Shown here piece after piece: positions 1-9,974 of a stretch of 64,000 nucleotides of DNA. Source of the DNA: a virus. Position 1 is the first letter of the stretch, and every line of letters starts with the position of its first letter. The notes under the pieces were generated by a model that saw only the letters and a list, made by a program, of their open reading frames with translations, was not told where the DNA came from and did not search any database. Both the position numbers and the translations under genes were made by a program. Location of the stretch: positions 1 through 64,000 of the IMG/VR virus record IMGVR_UViG_3300024307_000003, one strand, 5' to 3'.

Positions 1-27
1 TCTTCTGTTTGGAAAAAATCTGTAATG

Positions 28-279
28 TCAAGTTCTAACATTGTTATTGCCTCTTTTTGTCGGCACATATCCACAATAATCAGGGGAATTAACCAAACGA
101 GTTATCAAACGTTTCGCACCCAAAAACGTCTTACACTGGTATTGTGTATAATGGTCAATTTCCGGAATATGCCGAAACAATACCAAAACATCCTCTTTTG
201 TTGTTCCGTTAACTCTCACAAAATGTGTATTAATGAAATGACCCTTATATTCTATAGTTCTAAAACAGTCCTTAGTCAT
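28..279 (-). CDS. hypothetical early protein
   Basis: 83-aa ORF with 4-bp overlap to the upstream ORF; no recognised motif. Confidence 0.6.
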   Translation of the reverse strand: MTKDCFRTIEYKGHFINTHFVRVNGTTKEDVLVLFRHIPEIDHYTQYQCKTFLGAKRLITRLVNSPDYCGYVPTKRGNNNVRT

Positions 280-506
280 TTCTTTCTATCCTTAATTACC
301 AGAATTGAAGAGTAGTATACTTTACCATTATTCGCCGCATCATGTAAAGCATCCTGTACAATGTCTTTCTTGTGTTCACACAATCCCTTTAGTTCGTGAA
401 CATTGTCTTGGCTATCAATCCAGCTGATTGAATACATTGTTTTACCTCTTGACATTATCCCTGACATAATGAATAGAGCGGTTAATAGAATCAGCATTGT
501 ATCCAT
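276..506 (-). CDS. hypothetical early protein
   Basis: 76-aa ORF in a minus-strand run; the true start may be internal (MYSISW). Confidence 0.55.
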   Translation of the reverse strand: MDTMLILLTALFIMSGIMSRGKTMYSISWIDSQDNVHELKGLCEHKKDIVQDALHDAANNGKVYYSSILVIKDRKK

Positions 507-518
507 TTCATTAATCTA

Positions 519-1097
519 TCAGTTTGTTTGATAAATGTAGAAGTATTCGTTTTGCCCCGTTACGTCAAACAGATTTATTTCGTGTTCGTGGCCATCGTAT
601 GTGGCGAGGAAATGCCCGCGACCATCGGCGGAAATAGCGTCTTGCGTGAACTCTTCTATACGGTCCCCAATCAGGGCAGCAATAATTTCGTTAGCATCCT
701 CACATAATTCCCGCTGCATCTTTTCAAGCGCGCTTTCTACGCGACTACTCAAACCGAGAAACCCGCAAATGAACGACGAACGGAACGCCCACAAAGAATC
801 CGCAATGTACTGTTGTGTTTGTTCGTCCGCTTCTTCATCAGTTAAAACTAGATAATCATCGTCCAGGTCTTCCGACAACGGGCTGCATTCGGATTGCACG
901 TATTCCAGGAAACGTGATTCCACCGTTTCGGGATTCTTGCCTTCGCCGTGGGCGTATTGGTGCCAGTCTTCGAAAGCGCGCTCAACGTCGCCCCTATCGC
1001 CTTCATACGCCACACCATTCAGGATAAAGAAATCGTCGCCTTTGTGGGTTGCCAGCGCGATTACCTTTTTCATTTCATCGGTAAATTGTGCTCTCAT
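519..1097 (-). CDS. hypothetical acidic early protein
   Basis: ORF trimmed to ATG at 1097, preceded by AGGAG SD; visibly more GC-rich than its flanks. Confidence 0.75.
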   Translation of the reverse strand: MRAQFTDEMKKVIALATHKGDDFFILNGVAYEGDRGDVERAFEDWHQYAHGEGKNPETVESRFLEYVQSECSPLSEDLDDDYLVLTDEEADEQTQQYIADSLWAFRSSFICGFLGLSSRVESALEKMQRELCEDANEIIAALIGDRIEEFTQDAISADGRGHFLATYDGHEHEINLFDVTGQNEYFYIYQTN

Positions 1098-1122
1098 TTT
1101 CTGTACTCCTGTTTGTTGGTGT

Positions 1123-1383
1123 TTAATCTGCATATTTGCCAATATAAGTATATTGTTTGTATTGTTCATCGTGAATTATATTATCTTTACAAAGGCAATC
1201 AGCCCAATCATTAAAAGCTTGATCAATTGCACATTGATCGTTCTCACCGTATTGAGCAATAACAGATGGAGCTATATCAGAATCAAACAAGTCTGACAAT
1301 TCTTTTTCCGAACTAATGCAGCCATTATCGGCTGCCCACAACTCTATAGCTTCTAATAGATCAAAACTGTTAAAATTTGTCAT
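1123..1383 (-). CDS. hypothetical protein
   Basis: 86-aa ORF with CAGGA SD. Confidence 0.7.
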   Translation of the reverse strand: MTNFNSFDLLEAIELWAADNGCISSEKELSDLFDSDIAPSVIAQYGENDQCAIDQAFNDWADCLCKDNIIHDEQYKQYTYIGKYAD

Positions 1384-1428
1384 ATATTTTATTCCTGTTT
1401 AGTTGATATCATTTAATAAATGTTTTGA

Positions 1429-1659
1429 TTAGCTATCGCTTTCTACATAATCAACAAAGCAACAAATAGCGCATCCTTTGAGATTATATCGAGCGTGCAT
1501 ACTATCACTATACTCTAATTTCCAACCTTTTGCATACTCTTTAGCTAATAATTGGATAGCGCCTCGAATAGATTTTGCCTTGACTGTATAGCGCCTCACC
1601 CAACAATAATTAGGATCGCCGCCGAATGTGTCTGTTACTTCAATCTGGTATGTATTCAT
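1429..1659 (-). CDS. conserved phage hypothetical protein (EVTDTFGGDPNYCWVRR motif)
   Basis: 76-aa ORF; motif resembles a recurring phage small-protein family. Confidence 0.7.
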   Translation of the reverse strand: MNTYQIEVTDTFGGDPNYCWVRRYTVKAKSIRGAIQLLAKEYAKGWKLEYSDSMHARYNLKGCAICCFVDYVESDS

Positions 1660-1938
1660 GATTCTATCAACCTTTAGATCAAATTACTAATAGGGTATGT
1701 TAGCTTAGTTACTTCTGTACGTCTAGCTTCTTTTCAACAAATTGCACCCAATACATAACTATTCCCTTCTGTTTGTGTGAGACAACTATTACCTAACACA
1801 AACATAAAAGCAAATAGAATTTTATAATTAAATGCTATATCTATTATTCCAAAAGATTATTTAGCATTTTCTTCTGTTGTAGAGTATATTTGATTTGTCA
1901 GAACAAGCTAACTAACAGGAAAGGATAGGTAGGATAAT

Positions 1939-2064
1939 ATGAAAATTCACTTTATCGCTGTTGTAATCGCTATTGCTACTGGCTTTTGGTTTGCGGCTGG
2001 TGCTGCTACAATGATTGAACACAACCGGAAAGCACAATCGGCTTATTTGGAGTCAATCAAATGA
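1939..2064 (+). CDS. small membrane protein
   Basis: Translated by hand: MKIHFIAVVIAIATGFWFAAGAATMIEHNRKAQSAYLESIK; AGGA SD; ATGA overlap with next ORF. Confidence 0.6.
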   Translation: MKIHFIAVVIAIATGFWFAAGAATMIEHNRKAQSAYLESIK

Positions 2065-2264
2065 CCACACAATCACATTATGAAATCAATGTTTCTCTTA
2101 ATGGTCGGCATTTCTTTGCAACTAACCCTAGATCATTTCTTCTCGGGGATGAATTAAAAGTCAAGATAGCAGCAACGGAAATACAAAAGCGCTTTCCTGA
2201 ATCAGAAGGTTTTAAGGTTACTATTACAAGGTGGTGTAGCTCGGGGCAAAGTGTAGATTTTTAA
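2061..2264 (+). CDS. conserved phage hypothetical protein (YEINVSLNGRHFFAT)
   Basis: 67-aa ORF with GGAG SD. Confidence 0.75.
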   Translation: MTTQSHYEINVSLNGRHFFATNPRSFLLGDELKVKIAATEIQKRFPESEGFKVTITRWCSSGQSVDF

Positions 2265-2273
2265 AAAGAGTTG

Positions 2274-2303
2274 TTGACAGGGGCACACAATGTGCCCCAT
2301 AAT
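2274..2303 (+). promoter_or_regulatory. sigma70-like promoter with palindromic spacer
   Basis: TTGACA-18-CATAAT; spacer GGGGCACA-caa-TGTGCCCC. Confidence 0.55.
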
Positions 2304-2380
2304 TCCAACTATAGAAAGCTATGGCGCTCGAGGCTGGCGGAGACAATCACCGAAGCTGCCCGTCTTTTGAGCTTTTACGC

Positions 2381-2521
2381 AAGAAAGAAATCCGCAAAAT
2401 ATTCTGGAAAAATCTGAAATTTTCTGGGAAAGTCGCGTTTGTAATTTCGGTGGGCAAAAAGAAATCCGTAATTTATTCCCAAATAATCTGAAAATTTTTA
2501 GAAACATCACGTTTGTAATTT
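2381..2521. repeat. degenerate two-unit tandem repeat rich in A/T tracts (~73-nt period)
   Basis: AAAGAAATCCG...AATCTGAAA...TCRCGTTTGTAATTT occurs twice (about 2381-2448 and 2456-2521). Confidence 0.7.
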
Positions 2522-2554
2522 TAAGAATGCACATCCTTGTGCTCTCCTTGTCCA

Positions 2555-2902
2555 TTAGTGTTTGGTTGTAGGGATGATAGTCTCTACAAACAGGATAGTA
2601 TTAGCAATCACTTCAGTGGGGATATAAATCCTGCTGATTGTGTCTTCCATGATAAACTCATAATGCCCTTTCTCGTCTGTCATGTAGTGCTCCAGATACA
2701 CATCATATCGAGCATTCAGTTCTGAATAGGGCCACGCGGCCCCCCGGAATTGAAGCCCAGAAGTTGTATCAATAAGAATAAACCTTCCAAACAGTTCCTC
2801 ATGTGAGACAAAATATTCCTTATCTGACTCTGAGAGAATCTCAGGAGACTTCTCCCCTGTTGGTTTCTTCCTACGCTTTGTTGGCTTATCGCTTGGCATC
2901 AT
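2555..2902 (-). CDS. hypothetical protein
   Basis: 115-aa ORF coupled to the upstream ORF. Confidence 0.7.
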   Translation of the reverse strand: MMPSDKPTKRRKKPTGEKSPEILSESDKEYFVSHEELFGRFILIDTTSGLQFRGAAWPYSELNARYDVYLEHYMTDEKGHYEFIMEDTISRIYIPTEVIANTILFVETIIPTTKH

Positions 2903-3762
2903 TAATCCAGTCCTCCGTTCTTAATAATCTCAAGAGCTTTCTTGGTTGTATTTACATCCTTAAAATAAACACCACCAACTGTCTGATGAGAATTATGGTA
3001 GCAGTAATCATATTTTTTACTTCCATGATCATAGTAAATATAAAACTTTTGATCAGTCTCTTCCCAATCAGGTTCCCATCCTTCGTTTAGCTCTTCAGCT
3101 AGTTTGTAAAGACGATGATAACGACGATAGGCTGCACTGGCTTTATCAGCCGAACTCGATGTTTCAAACTCTAATCCAGCAGCTCTGGAGTTTTTATGGT
3201 TAACATACCAATCCCCTCCCTTTGGCTCCCACTTCTTGTTCTTCTCTTCATCCAGCTTCTTCTGAAGCTGATTCAATGTCTCTTGTGCTTTAGCAATTTC
3301 TTTCTGGATGTCTTCTACAGATGTTGTCATTGGTTCCTCCTCAACAACGTGAACTATTGCGTGCTTATCAAATGTATTAATCCACGCTTCGTATTGGTTT
3401 TTAACTGGTGATGAGTGTATTTGTACTGTCCCATGTTCATTGTGCTCTACAGCTTTTACTTTGTAAATTATAGAACGATCTGTCCCTAAACACAAGTCTC
3501 CCACTTTAATGTCTTTTGCAAATACTCTCTTGTATTTCTTTTCATCCACAGGCCAAACCTGCTCTAAATTCCTTTCTTCATACCACCAAGCATCAATGCC
3601 GTCGTATTTTGTGTTAAATTTAACACCATACCAATAAACCCCATCTTGTTCTGTAATTTCTATTATGTGTCCTCTACTCTCCATAGTCATTTTAGGGGCA
3701 CTACCGTAATTTATGACTTTAACAGTCCAGCCTATTTTAAACTTGGACATTATTCCTCCCAT
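2902..3762 (-). CDS. hypothetical multidomain protein (SH3/KOW-like N-terminus, coiled coil, NEGWEPDW C-terminal domain)
   Basis: 286-aa ORF; likely start at 3750 after GGAGG SD. Confidence 0.75.
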   Translation of the reverse strand: MGGIMSKFKIGWTVKVINYGSAPKMTMESRGHIIEITEQDGVYWYGVKFNTKYDGIDAWWYEERNLEQVWPVDEKKYKRVFAKDIKVGDLCLGTDRSIIYKVKAVEHNEHGTVQIHSSPVKNQYEAWINTFDKHAIVHVVEEEPMTTSVEDIQKEIAKAQETLNQLQKKLDEEKNKKWEPKGGDWYVNHKNSRAAGLEFETSSSADKASAAYRRYHRLYKLAEELNEGWEPDWEETDQKFYIYYDHGSKKYDYCYHNSHQTVGGVYFKDVNTTKKALEIIKNGGLD

Positions 3763-3818
3763 TCATATGTAACTGTGGTTATAAAAGGACCAAGACCAAG
3801 CCCTTCATTGCTCTCCTA

Positions 3819-4013
3819 TTAATATTCCACATTAGAATCTTTAGAACAATCTTTTGGAACTTCCAACCCTCTCCCCAAGAACCAACCAGCCAAATAAGCC
3901 TGATACTCTACTTCTTTAACATTTTCAAAAACCATTTGTCTCGTGAAGGATAGGTCTGCCTTTTGTACCATCTCAACAAGAGCGGCATTAGCCTCAGCAA
4001 TCTCTTTGTGCAT
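3819..4013 (-). CDS. hypothetical protein
   Basis: Start moved to ATG at 4013 (AAGGAG SD) because the upstream part of the called ORF is a promoter. Confidence 0.65.
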   Translation of the reverse strand: MHKEIAEANAALVEMVQKADLSFTRQMVFENVKEVEYQAYLAGWFLGRGLEVPKDCSKDSNVEY

Positions 4014-4050
4014 AACAATCTCCTTGTGGGGTTCATAAACGACAAGAGGG

Positions 4051-4079
4051 AGCATATCGCTCCCTCCTTTCCCTGTCAA
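4051..4079 (-). promoter_or_regulatory. sigma70 promoter with inverted repeat over -10
   Basis: TTGACA-17-TATGCT; GAGGGAGC-gatat-GCTCCCTC spans the -10. Confidence 0.7.
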
Positions 4080-4147
4080 CTGTTTTTAACTAGAAATCCG
4101 GGAAGATTAGAAATCTGGTGTACGTAGATTTCATCTACGCCCCACAA

Positions 4148-4840
4148 CTAGAAGTCGGGGGTGTCATCAAATCCATCTTCAAACGGAGAAGAAGCTGGTT
4201 CCTCTACTACAACAGCAGGCTCAGGCTGCTTCACAGGGGCTACAGGAGCCTTTTGTTCAGCAGGAGCTACGGGAGCAGCGGGGGCTGGAGCTATCGCCTT
4301 CAGAGCCTCTTCCAGAGCGTTCTTGGCCTTAACAACAGCTGTAATGTCAAGGACATTTACTCCCTTGAATGCTGTGTGGTAGGCTTTGATGCCCTCTGGG
4401 CCTGCCTTAACGGCTTTAATAAGGTACTCGGAAATGTAATACTGAGCCAGAGACGCAGTAGGAACTTCCTCAGCCTTGATCCGACCAGCTGCCAGAAGCT
4501 CATTAGCGCGATTTACGGCTCCGCCGACAGCATTACCTGTCTGGTCATACTCCTTCTTCTCGAAAGGAGCCTTGCCACCTCCGTAAGAGCCACCGGCCTT
4601 GGGAGCATCCTTCACAGTGCCAGACACGAAGTTATTGTATTGTCCCTCTACCTCAGCATCAATCAACATTCCTTTCTTAGGCTCTACACCATTGATCAAG
4701 AGTGTGTCGCCTTTCTCTTTGAAAGAGATGTTAGCCCATGTTGTCTTCCCATCTGAACCCTTCCCTGTGCCAACAGAGATAGCCCAATAACCAAACTTGT
4801 TCTTCTCTGCTTTCGAAATAAACCCTTTTACATTTGCCAT
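4148..4840 (-). CDS. ssb: single-stranded DNA-binding protein
   Basis: OB-like N-terminus, Ala/Pro linker, acidic tail ending in Phe (FEDGFDDTPDF); in the replication block. Confidence 0.7.
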   Translation of the reverse strand: MANVKGFISKAEKNKFGYWAISVGTGKGSDGKTTWANISFKEKGDTLLINGVEPKKGMLIDAEVEGQYNNFVSGTVKDAPKAGGSYGGGKAPFEKKEYDQTGNAVGGAVNRANELLAAGRIKAEEVPTASLAQYYISEYLIKAVKAGPEGIKAYHTAFKGVNVLDITAVVKAKNALEEALKAIAPAPAAPVAPAEQKAPVAPVKQPEPAVVVEEPASSPFEDGFDDTPDF

Positions 4841-4863
4841 TCTATTTGTTTCTCCTTCTGTTG

Positions 4864-5142
4864 TTAATTACTGAATTTTCTTTTGATTGTTGCAGCCTGA
4901 TCCAAGCTGAACTGTGCTCTTACTTTCTCCACTACTTCATGTGCCTGTTCCAAGAATGTCCGCTTCTCTGCCTTGGTCATTCCCTTCATCTTCTTCTTAT
5001 CAAAGATTTCGATAGTGCCTAGCAGCTTTGCTTTACAAGGAAGATTTGTGTAAGAGTTCCTTGGGCGGATGAATACAGGCTTTGCTACAGCTTCTGCTTC
5101 TAAATTCTCAATAGTTTCTATCTGTTCTTGTTGGTTATCCAT
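4864..5142 (-). CDS. hypothetical protein
   Basis: 92-aa ORF with GGAGGA SD. Confidence 0.75.
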   Translation of the reverse strand: MDNQQEQIETIENLEAEAVAKPVFIRPRNSYTNLPCKAKLLGTIEIFDKKKMKGMTKAEKRTFLEQAHEVVEKVRAQFSLDQAATIKRKFSN

Positions 5143-5150
5143 CTATCCTC

Positions 5151-5399
5151 CTATTCTACGTGTACTGATACGACTAAATGACCACTGAACATCTCATCCT
5201 TTGTCACTCCCTCTTTAACCTTTGGCCAGACAGCAATCCTCACTTCCTCTCCTTTCTTGAGAGCTTCTGTGAGCTTGATGCGTCCTTCAAAGATAGGAGC
5301 TGTATTACTTCCCTCATTGAAACGCTTACCGTGATAGAAGTCGATGTATCCTACACGTTTCTCTTTGTATTTATCTGTCACATTTCCTCCTGTTAGCAA
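5151..5399 (-). CDS. hypothetical protein
   Basis: 82-aa ORF; likely GTG start at 5381 after AGGAGG. Confidence 0.7.
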   Translation of the reverse strand: MLTGGNVTDKYKEKRVGYIDFYHGKRFNEGSNTAPIFEGRIKLTEALKKGEEVRIAVWPKVKEGVTKDEMFSGHLVVSVHVE

Positions 5400-7630
5400 A
5401 CATATTGTTGTCCTAACAAAGGATCAACAAGCTTTCTAGCTTCTTCAATGTAATAATCATAATTAATGTCCCAACTAAAATCTTTTATGTTATTACACGT
5501 TTTAACTTTCCATCCTTTATCAACAGCCATTCGTCTATCACCAAGTTCTTCCTTGCCCTCCAACGGAGGCATAATCTTGATTAACTGTCCTCCTTCTTTG
5601 CTAATATAATATCGACAAATATTTTGTTGTGATACTTCTTGTCCGTCATCCATAACCATAACTAACTTACTTGAACGTGGAACTTTGGTTCTTAACAAGA
5701 AATCCCAATGATCCCTATGTGTAATAACATAGTCTTCAATGAATCCATTACCAAGCAACTCATGTTCAACAGCTTTCTGAACAACTAAACATGATTGGTT
5801 CTGGTGCCACCCAAGATTCTCATATTCATATGCACCTTTACGTTTTACTTTACCGTTTGTGTATTGAGCTATGTAATTATTAACATCACGAATGAACATT
5901 GATTTGTAGTTGTTAAACTCCAACTCAAGCTTTACATCTTGTTCCCACTGTTTGCATATCGAATCATATTGTTCTCTTGTACTTCTCTTTATCTTAACAG
6001 TGACACCATCTGTATTAGCTTGAATGATTGAACAACCATCGATCTTTAATAGTCTTTCAACTAATAAACAAAGCGTAAGTTGACCATTAATGGTGATGGC
6101 CATTGTGTATTGAGGATCGTAGAACGGACTGTATTGATTATTCGAATCACCATATACACCATTCAATGCCAACTTCAACACAGCATTCTCGGGACTCTCT
6201 TTCTTATGTTTCTTTCTTTCCAAATAGATGTCTTTGTATATATCACAGAACTTTTCCCCTAAGTGTTCCGGATATACACGATTACTAATCGCAATGTTAG
6301 GATACATACTGGCAACATCCGCATCTACAATCTCATGCTCATCGTCTTCTTTGATAATCTGAGATTCAATACTTCCGTGTATCCCACCTGTTCCAAAGTA
6401 AAATCTAAATCCATCTACTGTGCAGTTTAAAGTTTCAGCAACTCTCCAACATCCCCAATATGATTTCTTTGGTGCCTTCACTTTCTTTGGTTTTCTTTTA
6501 AGGTTAGGCATCCCATCCGAACCAAGAGGATATTCGTATACGGGATTCCCTTGCTCATCCAGCAAGTCTTCTTTCCCTTTTAAATCCTCTGTCTCAATCC
6601 AGCCCAAAGGATGTTGTTGCATGAAGTCCATACACTCATCTTCGGTTGGTTTTGATTTAAACTTCTTACGTTTAATCACCAGCTCAGAATATTGAGCAAG
6701 ATCACCTAACGCATATTCTTCAATGTCACTGAACACTCCTTTTGTTTCAGTGATTATTTGTTGTCTAAACCAAGAAAGAAGAATCTGAAATTCCTTTCGT
6801 TCAAACTTCACATAAGGAAAGATTATATTATTAACATCGATATACTCTCGTTTAGTTTGCCTAAGCTCTCGTCCTCTACGTGTGATCTTATAGCAACTAC
6901 CCGGCATAATCTTTTCAAGACGATTGATGAAATACTGCTTACCGATCTTTGTGTCGTTGAAGTTAGTACAATCAAATCCATACTTATCAGTTAAGATGGC
7001 ACGAAAGCGAATAGCATCTATCGACTTCAAATAAAATTTCAAGGTTTCCATTACATCGTGTCCGTTGTAATGAATTAAAACGTCCATCTCTTCTGAAGTG
7101 AGATACTTCCCTACGGGAAAAGGAAGGTCTTCAATGTTGTCAGACTTCATGTTGAACTCCAACATCTTCAGAGAAGTGGCTTTAGCTTTGTTATCAAAGT
7201 GGTGTATCTTAAATAAATCCACCTGAGGAACAATTACCTCATCTTCTCTTACGGTTTTTCCAAACTTGTCATTTCTCATGGACTGGATAACAGACTGAGC
7301 GAAATCAAATATATCTTGTGCTGTAAGAACAAGCTTTTGTCCAAGAACTTTTGCCGCTCTGGCCTGCTCCAGTATCCAGTGAAGAATGGGATAATCGAAT
7401 CCTTGATTATTGAAACCGATAAAGCGGTGTTTGTTTTTTACAACATTTCTTATAAATTCAAGTAACTCTTCAGTTTGATTTTTACGATCACTTATTTCAT
7501 ATACTCTTAATGATTTTCCATTTGCATAAACAGCACAGAAAGTGAATATGTTTGGATAAGTTTCAGTATCATAAATCCATGATCCAGAGATATAATTTTT
7601 ATTGATTTTTACTGGTGTATCCTGCTCCAT
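5393..7630 (-). CDS. family B DNA polymerase with 3'-5' exonuclease
   Basis: ExoI YDTETYPN, ExoII FNNQGFDY, PolB motif A DADVASMYPN, motif B KLALNGVYG, motif C QANTDGV. Confidence 0.93.
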   Translation of the reverse strand: MEQDTPVKINKNYISGSWIYDTETYPNIFTFCAVYANGKSLRVYEISDRKNQTEELLEFIRNVVKNKHRFIGFNNQGFDYPILHWILEQARAAKVLGQKLVLTAQDIFDFAQSVIQSMRNDKFGKTVREDEVIVPQVDLFKIHHFDNKAKATSLKMLEFNMKSDNIEDLPFPVGKYLTSEEMDVLIHYNGHDVMETLKFYLKSIDAIRFRAILTDKYGFDCTNFNDTKIGKQYFINRLEKIMPGSCYKITRRGRELRQTKREYIDVNNIIFPYVKFERKEFQILLSWFRQQIITETKGVFSDIEEYALGDLAQYSELVIKRKKFKSKPTEDECMDFMQQHPLGWIETEDLKGKEDLLDEQGNPVYEYPLGSDGMPNLKRKPKKVKAPKKSYWGCWRVAETLNCTVDGFRFYFGTGGIHGSIESQIIKEDDEHEIVDADVASMYPNIAISNRVYPEHLGEKFCDIYKDIYLERKKHKKESPENAVLKLALNGVYGDSNNQYSPFYDPQYTMAITINGQLTLCLLVERLLKIDGCSIIQANTDGVTVKIKRSTREQYDSICKQWEQDVKLELEFNNYKSMFIRDVNNYIAQYTNGKVKRKGAYEYENLGWHQNQSCLVVQKAVEHELLGNGFIEDYVITHRDHWDFLLRTKVPRSSKLVMVMDDGQEVSQQNICRYYISKEGGQLIKIMPPLEGKEELGDRRMAVDKGWKVKTCNNIKDFSWDINYDYYIEEARKLVDPLLGQQYVC

Positions 7631-8204
7631 TTAATTCCTCCAATTTACTCTTTCTCCAAGCTACTGCTAATTTCATAGCTTCTTTCTTTCCATATTTCTT
7701 TTCAGAAAAGAATTTTCTATGTAATTTAGAATTAATATCTTTAAAACAAGCAACGTAACCAAAAGAAGTATTAGTTTTAGTAAAGGATACACCTATATGA
7801 CCGGTCTTGTTATTTTTGTTCATATTTTTATTTTTCATATTAATAGATTTAGAACATTCTCTAAGATTATCAATTTTATTATTAAGACCATTACCATCAA
7901 TATGATCAATATCATTTTTAATACTAACTTTCTTATTCTTCATAACCCAGATTATTCTATGGATAAGGTATGTTTTCCTACCGGAAATACCATCACCGAG
8001 TCCTACCACCCAATACTTTCTTCCGTTACCGCTTGGAACACAATAACCAACAGGATTTCCAATTCTATCGTAATTTGGTTTACCTTTGTATATTTTGGGA
8101 ACAACCCAAACTAATCCACTTGGGCTTTCTTCAGAATATACAAAAAGTTTATGCCAATTTTTATTATAATTTTTAGGTTTCATTGAAAATCCAATCCCCA
8201 TCAA
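7599..8204 (-). CDS. free-standing HNH-AP2 homing endonuclease
   Basis: HRIIW...IDHIDGNGLNNKIDNLR HNH; C-terminal NKTGHIGV...FSEKKYG..EA..LAVAWR AP2-type domain; AT-rich. Confidence 0.9.
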   Translation of the reverse strand: MMGIGFSMKPKNYNKNWHKLFVYSEESPSGLVWVVPKIYKGKPNYDRIGNPVGYCVPSGNGRKYWVVGLGDGISGRKTYLIHRIIWVMKNKKVSIKNDIDHIDGNGLNNKIDNLRECSKSINMKNKNMNKNNKTGHIGVSFTKTNTSFGYVACFKDINSKLHRKFFSEKKYGKKEAMKLAVAWRKSKLEELNGAGYTSKNQ

Positions 8205-8226
8205 TATACGGCTTCAATACTCCTCC

Positions 8227-9966
8227 TTAGAAGTTCAGTTTATGTTTCTCCACCCACTCATCTTTATCCCATAACGTATGTGTTTCATTGTCGTAATAGA
8301 AGTCTCCTGCCGGTCCAGTGAACCCTGACCATCGACACTTACTAATAACCGAGTGGGTTGTATTACGAACAATCTCATCCTCAGCATACTTATTACGCAT
8401 AGCTAAGAAGTTAAGATCAGCACTCTTGAAGATTGTAGAAGAGCCTGAGAAATCTTCTTCTGTTATAAATCCACCAGCGCTTCCAGCTTCTGAATTGTTT
8501 CCAGATTTCCTGACGTGATTAATATTGATGAATGTTACGTTATGACTTTTCTTTAAACTCTTCTGCCACTTCATAAACATGGATTGTTCTTCGTTTGTCA
8601 ATCCATCAAGAATATCCTGCAAAGGATCAAGAACTATCACTTTACAATCACACGCAATTACCAACTCCTCAACCGTCTTCTGAAGGTCTTTAAGACTACC
8701 ATCCCGATCATCAACAAGATACCATCTTGGACTACCATCTTCTTTATGAAACAGGATGGCTGCTTCTGCTGCAACTGCTGGTGAAGTAAGATACTTATGT
8801 TTCTCTTCTGGTGAAGTTATCAAAGATATTTTCTTGTGCAGGTGTCGTGAGAGCATCACTTCACCATACTCTTCCTTGTCCAACTCCATAGATACAACAC
8901 CGATCATATATGGGCTATTGAACACCCACCAATAGATCATTTCATTCACTAAAGAAGTCTTACCAATACCACTGGCTGCACCAAAATTAACAATCTTACC
9001 TAACGGAATACCTCCTGATGTCTTTTCATTCAGCCCCTTCATGAAAGGAGGGAACTGCATCTTAGGAGCAAGAGACTTGTCAATTATTCCCTGCATCAGT
9101 TGGTCGCTACCCACTACACCCATTGGGGTATAAGACTTTGCAGCATAAAAAGCAGAAACAAATTGCCTTTCTCGTCCTTGTGTTAAATATTCATTGGGGT
9201 CTTTAAGTTCCATATCCATAATAAAGACCTTTCCTTTAGGTAACACCTTAACACACACTTCTGTTGCTTTCTTCCCTGCTTCATCGTTATCCAAACACAG
9301 AACAATCTTATCAAAACGATTAATCCAATCATATTGTGATTTCAGTTGTTTCCATGTTCCGCTTTCTCCGAGAATAGAAGATACGACAGGGATAGGACCG
9401 TAACTCTGATCTTTGTCTCTGCGTTTAATATCGTCATATAACATTTGAAATGCAGAATGTTGGTCTATCTCCCCACCAACAATTAAAAGATATTTACTTG
9501 GAGAGTTTTTAAATTTGTGTTGTCCGAACAGATCACAATCCTGCCCAACACCATTCTCTACCAACTTTAAAGGATTACCAAACGTCTTTGGAGGCTTGCG
9601 ACATTTGTACCCAGACAACGCATAGTTGATAGTGCAAGCATAATATTGTCCAAGCAAATCCCCTGTGTTTGCATCATACATGTGACGTGTTCCAAACGTC
9701 CTGTATGTTTCATCCCTGATCCCTCTGAAGCCTCTCCCTTCGTATGTGCTATTCTCCTTGAACACATTTAATTCTTGTTCTGTTAGCAAATCTCCTCCTT
9801 CAAACACGATTTCAGAATCTTCTTCCTCCTGTTTAGATTTGATTGTGTAGCCACAAGCAAAACAGAAAGCGCCCCCGTCCTCATAAAGAGCTAGATTGTT
9901 TTTACTTTTGTCTAACCCTCGGGAGGCACATTTAGGGCACTGTACTTTAGATACTACTAGTCCCAT
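8227..9966 (-). CDS. T7 gp4-type primase-helicase
   Basis: Zn finger CPKC...CFACG; TOPRIM GGEID and LDNDEAG; Walker A AASGIGKT; DnaB motifs IVLDPL, NHVRK, SGSSTI. Confidence 0.93.
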   Translation of the reverse strand: MGLVVSKVQCPKCASRGLDKSKNNLALYEDGGAFCFACGYTIKSKQEEEDSEIVFEGGDLLTEQELNVFKENSTYEGRGFRGIRDETYRTFGTRHMYDANTGDLLGQYYACTINYALSGYKCRKPPKTFGNPLKLVENGVGQDCDLFGQHKFKNSPSKYLLIVGGEIDQHSAFQMLYDDIKRRDKDQSYGPIPVVSSILGESGTWKQLKSQYDWINRFDKIVLCLDNDEAGKKATEVCVKVLPKGKVFIMDMELKDPNEYLTQGRERQFVSAFYAAKSYTPMGVVGSDQLMQGIIDKSLAPKMQFPPFMKGLNEKTSGGIPLGKIVNFGAASGIGKTSLVNEMIYWWVFNSPYMIGVVSMELDKEEYGEVMLSRHLHKKISLITSPEEKHKYLTSPAVAAEAAILFHKEDGSPRWYLVDDRDGSLKDLQKTVEELVIACDCKVIVLDPLQDILDGLTNEEQSMFMKWQKSLKKSHNVTFININHVRKSGNNSEAGSAGGFITEEDFSGSSTIFKSADLNFLAMRNKYAEDEIVRNTTHSVISKCRWSGFTGPAGDFYYDNETHTLWDKDEWVEKHKLNF

Positions 9967-9974
9967 GCTCCTCC

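Noticed and set aside
7599-8204. HNH-AP2 gene as part of an intron
   Set aside because: Both flanking genes are complete and no group I P/Q/R/S elements are seen; it is free-standing
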